Source: Selaginella moellendorffii (lineage: Eukaryota > Plantae > Lycopodiophyta). From it: DNA of 64,000 nucleotides. Position 1 is the stretch's first letter. Each line of letters opens with the position of its first letter. The notes below the pieces were generated by a model. That model was given only the letters and a program-made list of their open reading frames with translations. It had not been told where the DNA came from and made no database searches. Shown here in pieces: positions 12,014 to 21,538 of this stretch. The position numbers were made by a program, and so were the translations under genes. The stretch lies in contig NW_003314360.1 in assembly GCF_000143415.4 (NCBI RefSeq), forward strand, positions 488,595-552,594, in the 5' to 3' direction.

Positions 12014-13792
12014 TTAGCTGGCGAGAGCTTCCTTGAGCTCCTTATTCTCTTTCATCTCCATGATAATGTCACAGCCCCCGATAAGCTCGCCTTTGTGGTA
12101 GAGCTGAGGATAAGTTGGCCAGTTTGAGAATGCCTTGAGCCCCTGCCTCACCTCCTCGTCACTGAGAATATCAAAGCTGCCAAATTCGATGCCTTCCTCC
12201 TTGAGTGCGCTTGCCACCTTCTTGCTAAACCCGCACTTTGGCTCCTCCGGCGTCCCTTTCATGAAAAGCATTGTCGGGGACGAGTGAATCAGCTTTTTCA
12301 GCCGGCTGTTGATGTCTTCCTTTTCCTCTGTCGCCCCCACAGCTTCCTTGAGCTCGCCACTCTTGTGCATTTCCATGACGATGTCGCATCCACCTATCAG
12401 CTCGCCCTTGAAGTATAGCTGCGGAAACGTTGGCCAGTTGGAGAAGGACTTGATGCCTTGCCGGACCTCTTCGTCGCTCAGAATGTCGAAGGAGCCAAAA
12501 GGAACTCCCACCTCCTCGAGTGCTCCCGCCACTTTCTTGCTGAAACCGCACTTTGGCTCCGACGGACTCCCTTTCATGAACAGCATCACGTCGTGCGAGT
12601 GGATAAGCTTCTTTAGACGCTCCTCGAGAGTTTCCTCCGGTCCCTTGTCGGATCCATTGGCGTGAGCTTTGCTGCCATTCTCTTGCGACTTTAGCTTGGC
12701 GTCCGCAAGAGCTTCTCCCAGCTCCCCGCTCTTGTGCATCTCCATTATCACATCACACCCTCCCAAAAGCTCGCCTTTGTAGTACAGCTGCGGGTATGTG
12801 GGCCAGTTGGAGTAGAGCTTCAAACCTTGACGGACTTCTTCGTCTTGCAAGATGTCGAAGCTCCCAAAATCCACGGACTCCTCCTTGAGCAAACTCACCA
12901 CATTCCGGCTGAAGCCACAGCGAGGCTCTTCGGGGCTCCCCTTCATGAACAGCATCACGGGCTTGGAGCTAACGAGCTTGTCCAGCTTTGACTTGAGCTC
13001 ACCGGACACCGAAGAAGGAGGCTCCTCGGACTTGATTTCCGTCTTGCTCGCTCCATTCTCCTTTGGAGGAGCAGCTTCCCCCGCCAAAGCCTCAACTTTG
13101 GTGGCCAATTCGGCTGGATTCGCGCCCTCCAGCTTGTCGATCACCTCCTGGTTCTGCATCACAAACAGCACACAAGAGTAAGAAAACAACGACCAGATGC
13201 AGCGATTCAGTGACTTTTCCTTTTCTACCTTTATAAAAACGAAGTAAGGCACCACAGAAACGCTGTACTTTTCGGATATTTCTGGATGCTCCTCGGCTTC
13301 AACCTGTGAGTACAATAATTGGTGGATGTTTATTAGTCAAGTCTAGGCAAATCAGAGAAGAGAAATCGAGCACACGCCCTGTCAAGCGAGACATGGCATA
13401 CGGCAGAAGAGAAGGGAAAAAAAAATAGCACCACCAACAACCAGACTCACTTAAGAATGAGACTTGCCATTCACAACTCCACAACAAAAATGTGACCGAT
13501 TTAGAAACGTGGAAGATGAAAGAGAAACCAAATCCAAAGAAGAAAGAACAAGACAAGCAGCAGCGAATCGAAAAAAAAAAATGCGATCCGAGAAATCGAT
13601 GAAGTATTGTATACAAACCCGGAGAAATCTGGCACGCGGAGCAGTGTCGGCACAGAGTTGCTCGAAGACGACATCCATTTGCTTGGAGGCCTCGCACCAG
13701 GGCGCACGGAAATGGAGCACGACCGATTTACCAGCCTTGACAACCTCGTCGAGATGCGCCAATCCACGAGCTTCTTCCACCATGAGCGCCAT
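12014..13792 (-). CDS. GRXS17: Monothiol glutaredoxin GRXS17 (Trx-like domain + 3 CGFS Grx domains), 3 exons
   Basis: APWCEAS Trx motif and three repeats of MLFMKG.P.EP.CGFS...SNWPT.PQLY..GEL.GGCD. Confidence 0.96.
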
Positions 13793-13880
13793 GGCTCTCC
13801 CTCTTTGATCGCTCGAGACCTCCGACCTCGACCTAGAACAGAGGAGAACTAGGGCAAGCTTTTAAAGCGGACGAGCAAGC

Positions 13881-14059
13881 GCATATTCCCTCCCAGCAGA
13901 GAGCGCATATTCCGCCACCGTGGCGGCGTGGGCCCCACCCAGCGTGCAGAACCCCGTTTGCGTGCGTGGAAGGAACGGGCTGTACTCGTGCCTGGCGCCA
14001 CGTGTTGAGCTGCGAGTGGCCTGCCGGATTACTATACTGGGAGAGTGATGTGGATATCC
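13881..14059. promoter_or_regulatory. Three P1BS-like (GNATATNC) sites upstream of GRXS17
   Basis: GCATATTC at 13881 and 13905; GGATATCC at 14052. Confidence 0.4.
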
Positions 14060-14198
14060 CCCAATGTTTGGGAGCACTAAAAGAATGAGTTGTTGTGATG
14101 CAACATCAGTCTCCTTTGTGGAGGTGGAATCGAATCAAACCAACAAACATTACAATCTCTTTCCTCCAAATTCGATCGAAACTTTGTGATGTTCGATT

Positions 14199-17153
14199 TC
14201 ATCCAATTTGCCTCTTCCATTTCCTCGAAGTCATGTATGCCACCCTGTCCATGTACGCTGCATTGTTCTTGTCCCTCATGCCCGTGTCAAAGTTATAGTC
14301 GATGAGCAGCCGAACAATTCTTTGGTTCCCACATCGCACTGCAATGTCCATTGCAGTTTCTCCCGATGTTCCGGCGTTGGGCCTCGCACCCGCCCTCAGT
14401 AGTAGTTCAACCATCTCACTGTCCTGACTAGCAACTGCTTGCAACAGTGGTGTCGACACTTGATCATGGTGATACTCTAGCCCGTCCAGCACAACACCAC
14501 CTTCACTTATAAGGAGTTCCACCATGGTCTTTTCCCCTTTGAAAGCGCACTCGGCCATGAGAGATTGTCCTAAGTCTGCCCACTCCTCCTTGGAAGAAAG
14601 CTCATGTACCAGCTTCCTCAGCTTTTCCAACACCCCTCCCTCGGTATCGATTACCTGGTTAAGGTCCAAATTGGCGATCACGTCCGTGTAATCCTCCTCG
14701 TAGAGGAGGAGGCTATGCAGCTTGTCAAAAACGAGATGAACGTCACCCTTCTCAATTGCTTCCTTAAGCTCCCCCGTCTGGTAGGCTCTAGTACTGCTTT
14801 CATCCTTTCTCTCGTCATCGGTGTCGTGTGGAAGTTTCCCCATCTCTGTCAAGACGGCTAGCACTTCAGCATTCTGCCGGGCGGCTCGCGCAAGGCAGGC
14901 AAAGGACCAGCCGTCAAAGTCAAGCACCCCGGCTGCGTACTCAACCATTTCCCTGCTTCCATTTGCCCCCAGGCTCCTCCACAACCTGTCTTCAACGCGA
15001 TCATGTCGGGCTGGATCCTTCCAATGCGAGATGATGAGTTGGAAGACTGACCAGTCCCCATCTCTCGAGCATGCATGGCTGAAAGGCTCCACTCCATACA
15101 ACTTACATGCCTCCACAAAAATCCTAAGAAGTGGCAGAAAAGCCCGGTGCTGGGGCTCGATATGATGCCTGTGTCGAAACAGCTGCGCCACCTTTGCTGT
15201 AGAACTAGTTATCCCATCATTGGAAGCTGCATCAATCACGAAAACGTCCAGCTCCAGAAACGCTGTCATCACGGCTAAGCTCCAGAAGTCCATGGCATGG
15301 TAAAACAACTCTCTCAAAAAAAGCGGGTCATTCGCAGGTGTCGTTCCCAGAGTCCCCCCTCTTTCAAGCAGGAACAGGACCGCTCCCACCTTGTCACCTT
15401 CGATGGCATACGAAAGTGGAGTATTGAACTCGTTAACCAGCGCTACATTGACGTAGTCGGGCTGCTGCGCATAGTCAAGCAGGATTCTCATCAGTTTGGT
15501 GTTGCCTTGATGCGCCATTCTGTGCAGCGGTTTCAGGTTGCTGCTCGGGTGCCATGTATCGTAGTCCATTCCTAAGTCGTAGAGAAGATAGGACAGTACC
15601 TCGTCACTTTGGCCATCGCATGCTTCGTGCAGTAGCCACTCTTCTTGCACAACGATGTCTCTCCATTTGCTGGCCAGGAAGCGCAGCACAGCTGGGCTCC
15701 CTGGGCGGACGCAGATGCTGCACAGTCGGGAAACATCCCTTTCAGGGTTGAAACTCCAAGTGACCCCCGCTCTGTCCATGATATACTCGACGCCCATTTT
15801 GAAATCAATCTTGCAAAAGAGATGTAGCAGCGTGTTCCCATCAATGTCTACCACCATGTTCTTGCTTGGCTGCTCAACGAAAGCGTCCAGAACGTTAGGG
15901 AACCTTCTCCTGAGACGGTTGAGCATGTCCCTGTACTCTGCCGACGAAACGAATGCAAGATCATTGTTGTTGTTGTTGTTGTTGCAGCTGTCGCATCGGA
16001 CGACATTCCATAGCTTATCATAAGCAGCGTGTGCATGTTCCAGGCACTGCTCCAGGGAGAATCTATTTGTACGATCCTGGCAGCAGCCGTCAACCATGGC
16101 AAAGAGCTCGTAAAAAACTGGCTCGATCACAGGCTGTTTCAAGCCTGGTGGAATTTCAAGAGTCACTGGACAGCCTGGGAATATCTTGTTGTCAATAATT
16201 TCCTCGATCTCATCACGCTTCTCAGGGCCATCAGGGATGAAACCATCCCAGGACATCTCGATCCATAGCATGCCCAAGGAGTATACATCTGATGGGAAAG
16301 GATTATCCACAATGAGCTTAAAGCCTTCTGGATCATCCAGCGCATCTGAAACCTCAGGCGATATCCAGAACAGCGACCCGCCCAGCGAGTTGAGGTAATC
16401 AACGTCTCTCACCTTGAAGCTGAATCCAAAGTCTCCGAGCTTGGGCGTGCAGAAGCTGTCCAAAAGCACGTTTCTACCTTTGAGATCTCCGTGGTAAACG
16501 CCATTTCGATGGCAAGTCTTTACTCCCACCACCACCTCCATGAAGATTTCCAGCTTTGTCTTCCACCAAGATGGAAGCTCTTCCAAGCCCGGACCCCGAG
16601 ACTTAAGAAACCTGCTAAGATCACCGTGCGGGCCTTCCACGAGCTCCATGACGATGCAGACGCCATTGAGATCGCTGTTGCGGGTAACCCCATAGACATG
16701 CACCACATTCCTGGTTCCTTGTAGCACCCTTACATTGCAGGCCTCCCTCAAGACTTCCACAACCTCATCCAGTTCAACTTCGCCAGTGTCGATTTTCTTA
16801 ACAGCAACTGTTATCATTTTCTCGCTGTGGTCGCCTTTCAAAATGGACCTTGACGGCGTTTGGTGCCTTTTTGCGTTAACCCAAGGCCCTCTGCTAAGCT
16901 CAAACCTCTCTCCATGGCTCCCCATCAGCATACCTTTAAAGATTTTTCCAAAGCTTCCGCCATCGATGCTCCCTACAGAAGCCAGCTTTAGAGTGTCCAG
17001 CAGATATGTCTCTGCGCGTCTGTACAAGTCAACAGCTACTGCTGGATCCCTTAGATCTTCCCAAGCCTGCATAGCGGCTTCATACCGCGATATCAAGTAC
17101 TCCGAATCTGAAACAGATGACTCTAGCTCAAATTTTGATGTTAAGGAGGCCAT
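14199..17153 (-). CDS. Non-RD TKL-type protein kinase with C-terminal ankyrin repeats (RIPK4/ANKK1-like architecture), intronless
   Basis: Kinase motifs GGSFG, VAVKK, alphaC Glu (LREA), HGDLKGRN, DFG, WISPE, DVYSLG. Ankyrin motifs GNTLLH, LLHEAC, KPLHRMA..GN, TPLSYAI, TPLLQAV, GETAMDIA. First ATG is at 17153. Confidence 0.9.
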   Translation of the reverse strand: MASLTSKFELESSVSDSEYLISRYEAAMQAWEDLRDPAVAVDLYRRAETYLLDTLKLASVGSIDGGSFGKIFKGMLMGSHGERFELSRGPWVNAKRHQTPSRSILKGDHSEKMITVAVKKIDTGEVELDEVVEVLREACNVRVLQGTRNVVHVYGVTRNSDLNGVCIVMELVEGPHGDLSRFLKSRGPGLEELPSWWKTKLEIFMEVVVGVKTCHRNGVYHGDLKGRNVLLDSFCTPKLGDFGFSFKVRDVDYLNSLGGSLFWISPEVSDALDDPEGFKLIVDNPFPSDVYSLGMLWIEMSWDGFIPDGPEKRDEIEEIIDNKIFPGCPVTLEIPPGLKQPVIEPVFYELFAMVDGCCQDRTNRFSLEQCLEHAHAAYDKLWNVVRCDSCNNNNNNNDLAFVSSAEYRDMLNRLRRRFPNVLDAFVEQPSKNMVVDIDGNTLLHLFCKIDFKMGVEYIMDRAGVTWSFNPERDVSRLCSICVRPGSPAVLRFLASKWRDIVVQEEWLLHEACDGQSDEVLSYLLYDLGMDYDTWHPSSNLKPLHRMAHQGNTKLMRILLDYAQQPDYVNVALVNEFNTPLSYAIEGDKVGAVLFLLERGGTLGTTPANDPLFLRELFYHAMDFWSLAVMTAFLELDVFVIDAASNDGITSSTAKVAQLFRHRHHIEPQHRAFLPLLRIFVEACKLYGVEPFSHACSRDGDWSVFQLIISHWKDPARHDRVEDRLWRSLGANGSREMVEYAAGVLDFDGWSFACLARAARQNAEVLAVLTEMGKLPHDTDDERKDESSTRAYQTGELKEAIEKGDVHLVFDKLHSLLLYEEDYTDVIANLDLNQVIDTEGGVLEKLRKLVHELSSKEEWADLGQSLMAECAFKGEKTMVELLISEGGVVLDGLEYHHDQVSTPLLQAVASQDSEMVELLLRAGARPNAGTSGETAMDIAVRCGNQRIVRLLIDYNFDTGMRDKNNAAYMDRVAYMTSRKWKRQIG

Positions 17154-17203
17154 GCAGGCTTGCCCCACGCTCAGAAATTGTGCCCCCTATACATACACGC
17201 GCT

Positions 17204-17529
17204 CTCATCTAATTGAGCAATTCTTAGTCCACTGATCCCTTGCTTTGACAAAGTCAAGCAGAATTAATTGGAATGAGAAGTCAACTGATCCTCATCTAAT
17301 TTAGCAATTTAGTCAACTGATCCCTTGCTTTGGTAGCTTCTTCTTCTTGACTTTGTTGATCAAGTGTGGCAAACAGCTGGAACACACTTCAGAAACAAGT
17401 TGGCTGACGATCAAAGTTGCTGATTGATTGATCGTGCGAGAGATCGAAAAATGAAGAATTTTCAGAGTCATACGCACTCATCATGGAAGAGATCACCGCC
17501 ATTAATTGGAATGAGAAGTCAACTGATCC
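17204..17529. promoter_or_regulatory. Bidirectional promoter with direct repeats and five W-boxes (TTGACT)
   Basis: Repeat A at 17204-17247 and 17291-17332; repeat B at 17263-17291 and 17501-17529. AGTCAA at 17252, 17279, 17311 and 17517; TTGACT at 17347. Confidence 0.7.
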
Positions 17530-17588
17530 AATGCATGATCTAATATAAGTTCTTCAATAAATATGTGTGAAGATCGATTCACCGGAAT

Positions 17589-18926
17589 ATGGCGACTGAG
17601 GGCTTGGTCGCCGCAGGCGCTAGTGCAGCATTGGGAGCTCTTCGAGGAGATCTTCGAGGAACAGCCGACCTTCTGATCAAGCTTGCTTGTGCTGCTCGCA
17701 ACAGCATAGGCAGATGCCAGGCGATGGCAGACAAGGTGAAGATGGTTACCACCGCCCTCGAGAGCAGATCATACAGGTACGACGATGTCAACCTTCAGGC
17801 TAATCTAGAAAAGCTGCTAGTTGTGATGAAAGACTGCGTGTGTCTTGTCGAGAAACACAGCAAGACGAGTACGGTGAGCTTCTTCTTCTCGTGCCACGCT
17901 CTCACTGTTGACGAATTTGACGACCTCGACGCGCGCCTCAATCGCTGCATCAGCTGCTTGAATCTGAACTTCCACATCTCCTCGTATGATCGCAGTCATG
18001 AGCACAAAGACGAGATCATAGCCCAAGTACAGGCCAACACAGCACGAACTATTGAGGAGATAAAGCAGCTGGTCCATGGCCAGGAGCCCGTAGAATATTT
18101 GACAGCCGTGCAGGGCGTTGTGACCATGGGTGAAGCCTTGGCCGGGGACTACATGATATCTGCGACGCTCACCGACAACAGCTCCTCAGTGTCACGGAAA
18201 GTCATCCTAGTGCAGTCACACGAGACAAAGAAGGAAGTTGCGATCCTGGAGAAACTAAGCCTTCACGAGTGCATACTTGAGTTTCTTGGCATCTTTCCAT
18301 ATGGTGAGTCCAAGTTTTATCTTGTCTTTGAGAGGCCCTCCGAGGAAATGACAACCTTGGACGAACTGATCAATAAGAACCCGGGGAGTTTTATGAGTGA
18401 CTGGAGAGTAAAGAGACAGATCGCTCTGGAGCTGGCAAGAGGTATGAGAGTCTCTCATCTGGCCGGTGTGGTCCACAAGAATTTCCGCAGCTCCAACATA
18501 TTTCTTAGCGGTGACCTTCAGCACGCTAAGATCTTTGGCTTCTACCAGGGAAGGATCAAGCTGGAGCCAAGTGCCAAGAAGTGGATGAACGATGAGCAAG
18601 TCCGCTGGGCTGCACCTGAGCAAGTTCAGAGACACCGACCTGCCTTTGATGAAAAGTGTGACATCTACTCACTGGGAGTGGTGATTTGGGAGCTCATCAC
18701 TGGGAACTTTCCTTTCGCCAAATACACTAACTACCGAAAACTTAGTAGAGATCGGAGCGAAAATGTTGCCCTCTTGGATGACTTCCCTGTGGAATGCAAA
18801 GCAGGTGAACTGGGCAAGTTCAGCAGAATCTCTGAGCTCTGTAGAGATCCTTTGCCTGATAACAGACCATCTCTCGAGAACATTATCAATGATCTCCACA
18901 AGCTCCTTCCTGAAGAGATGATTTGA
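17589..18926 (+). CDS. MLKL-like protein: N-terminal four-helix-bundle/HeLo-like domain + pseudokinase, intronless
   Basis: Helical N-terminus of ~130 aa (ARNSIGRCQAMADKV...LEKLLVVMKDC...FDDLDARLNRC). Kinase fold with VILV in place of VAIK, HKNFRSSN in place of HRD, IFGF in place of DFG; WAAPE, DIYSLG and RPS are retained. Confidence 0.82.
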   Translation: MATEGLVAAGASAALGALRGDLRGTADLLIKLACAARNSIGRCQAMADKVKMVTTALESRSYRYDDVNLQANLEKLLVVMKDCVCLVEKHSKTSTVSFFFSCHALTVDEFDDLDARLNRCISCLNLNFHISSYDRSHEHKDEIIAQVQANTARTIEEIKQLVHGQEPVEYLTAVQGVVTMGEALAGDYMISATLTDNSSSVSRKVILVQSHETKKEVAILEKLSLHECILEFLGIFPYGESKFYLVFERPSEEMTTLDELINKNPGSFMSDWRVKRQIALELARGMRVSHLAGVVHKNFRSSNIFLSGDLQHAKIFGFYQGRIKLEPSAKKWMNDEQVRWAAPEQVQRHRPAFDEKCDIYSLGVVIWELITGNFPFAKYTNYRKLSRDRSENVALLDDFPVECKAGELGKFSRISELCRDPLPDNRPSLENIINDLHKLLPEEMI

Positions 18927-19189
18927 AAGTTGAAGTGCTTCATATTTCGGTGCAGTGTGTGAAGAAAATTATAGTAAAAGAGCTTGGATCTTAGATCATC
19001 CATTTCTTGAAAGCGCATTTGGCTCCGGAGGCAGATCCTTGCAATCTTGTATGCTGGTACTGGTTGACATGCTCATGCTCAAATCAGGTTCATGGCCTTT
19101 AAGGAGAAAAAGTAAAGTAAATATTCTCTCGGTTCAAGGTTATCTTAGAATATCAAGTTTTGTATGGAGTTTGTTAAAATGAATGCTTC

Positions 19190-20520
19190 TAAGAGAACCA
19201 CAATCACAAAGAATGTAAAATAATGATAAATTTTCATCAAACAATTTCTAATGTTAAAAATCGGTTTTAGGGTTTATCAATAAGTGAGGAGAAAACTATT
19301 AAAATATATAGAAAATATTAAATTATATAAGTTATCTAAACTTTATTAGATAAAATATAATATAGGATAAAGTTTTCTTAAATTACACACAAATATTTTT
19401 TAAAATAAAACAATTTACCATTTATAATTACAATCTTAATTTATTATTTCTAAACTCTTTGTGACCATTATGAGTGGCTAATTTTTTATCTTTACCCATA
19501 GAAATTCATAATTAATAATGATTTGCACTATCTAGATAAGTTATCATACTTTTTTACTTGTGATTAGAAAACATGGCATATAAACCTTTTTTTTCTTACT
19601 CAAAATAGCTCCTTAAATTCTATTTATAAAAAAAATAAAGTGGAAATATATTTTATTTTAATATCTTAAGTATAAAGATTATAAAAATTAACTATATTTA
19701 GGCTCAATAAAAAAAATTTGTATTCAAGATGTTTATATTTTAAGTTATAAAAATTGTTATTATTGAGATCCTTGAACAGTTTACAGCAGTTAAATATTAT
19801 TATTTTATTATAGTAAGATCTTATATATAGGTAATTACTTCTCAAAGATATATAAATATAATAGGTAGTAATCTTTGAGGTAGTAAATATATAGGTAATT
19901 ACTGTAATTATATTTTATAAATATTTAAAATTTTCATTTTGCAACTCATGCAGGGTTAGAGTTAATACTGTTATTTGTAGTATCTTAAATTTTTATTTTT
20001 CATGTTTTCTTCTAAATATCATAATCAAGATCAAATCATCTAACCCATATGAAATTTTTAGTCTTTTCATATACATTTATAATAAATCATTTGTTTTTTC
20101 CATCTAGAAATCATTGATCTTACTACAATGAACAAAACTATAAAATGGAAAAAATCTTGCATAGCTTGCAACAAACATTTATTGAGGGATGTACATGACT
20201 TGTAATACCAAAAAGAAAAGAATGGGATAGATACTGTCAAGAGTATTGAATAATTTCATGGACACAAACTCTGAAAATGTGTATTAAGATTTTGTTGAAT
20301 CAGATTTCAACATATATTTTAGTGCCTACACTAAATGCTAGTTAGTAGCATATTTCTAAGGCATGAATCTCTATTACATTTGTCCTTATAGAAGATTAGC
20401 TTCCACCAGAAAAGATCCCAGGAAGGCTTACTAAATATAAACATCCATAATTAGACTTTGGTATTTATTTGAAACCAGGAAATATCTGAATGGTACTTTG
20501 AAAACTATTTGTTGTAATCA
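19190..20520. other. Strongly AT-rich, ORF-free degenerate tract (probable decayed transposon or pseudogene)
   Basis: Abrupt compositional shift, CG depletion and no ORF >60 aa, inside an otherwise gene-dense region. Confidence 0.55.
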
Positions 20521-20644
20521 AGGTAATTAAGCTATCGCACTGCACAGCTGAAAACAATAAAGAAATATGAAAAATTGACAAACAAAAGTTTCTAGCATAC
20601 TCATTACTCCCAATTCAGCTCATTCTCAGCTCATTCTCATCTCC

Positions 20645-21372
20645 TTAAGTGTTTAACATAGAAGAGCTGCTGTGAGGACCCACAGAAGTGGTAACATCAA
20701 CGGGAGTGCTGAAATATAAAAGAAGTAAACTCCCGTAACAACAAAAAAACTACATACCCAGGAGAAGGCATCAAGCTCTCAGAGTCGATAGCAAGCTCTA
20801 CAACACCTTGAAATTTTGTTAAAATATACCGCACTTTAGAAAGTTGATGAAGAACCTACCTTTCCTTCTCTCCTCCTCTGCACGCCAAAGCTTATGAGCC
20901 TGCCTAAGTATATCCTCTGGAGTGCTTTGGATGGAAGGATCTTTGGCACGCCGGTCTTGCAACTCATTAGTAGCAAGCTTGAGTAAATCCGTCATCTTCA
21001 GAGTGCTCCACATGCTAATCCAGATAAGGTTTGACTAACTCGGTAGAGCATATATATCTAGCACTTACTTGCCAACATAGATATGACCAGATGAGTTCTT
21101 CACAGAACTGTGGAACATTTTCGGCATATCTTGGTGCAGCAAAGGGATGAAGACATACCCATCTGCCACACACTTAATACTCAACACAAACTTGCAACAA
21201 ATAACTCACCTTTCTCACAAATGATGCAAAGGGCTTCCATCCTAGCCCGACTGTATAAAGCTTGCCCTGTTGTCTTTATGTCCTGGACTTTGCCTCCCAC
21301 ATTCTCTTTGTACACAATTGTCTCCCGCTTACGAGCCGCTTGCTTCTCCTTCTTGCGACTAGTCTGCCCCAT
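20645..21372 (-). CDS. Unrecognised 5-exon protein (~175 aa)
   Basis: MGQTSRKKEKQ...CEK|DGYVF...YVG|NMWSTLK...RRK|GVVEL...SPG|TPVD...LNT*. All four GT-AG junctions keep the frame. Telo-box AAACCCTAA lies upstream. Confidence 0.6.
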
Positions 21373-21538
21373 CAATCGAAAAAGCTTAAACCCTAAACCC
21401 CAGAGAAGAATCAATTGAGGAATCCTTCTATTTTAATTGCTGAAAAGCCTGATTCACCAAATTAGGAAACCAAAAAAACAAAAGTCAGGCTAAAATGAAA
21501 AAGAAAGAAGGAAAATACAGTCCGTGTCCATTGATCGA

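Noticed and set aside
17204-17529. CRISPR-like repeat array
   Set aside because: Only two copies of each unit, irregular spacing, eukaryotic context.
14199-18926. RHIM/amyloid motif linking the kinase and the MLKL-like protein
   Set aside because: No (I/V)Q(I/V)G core in a suitable context was seen. The poly-Asn is a simple microsatellite.
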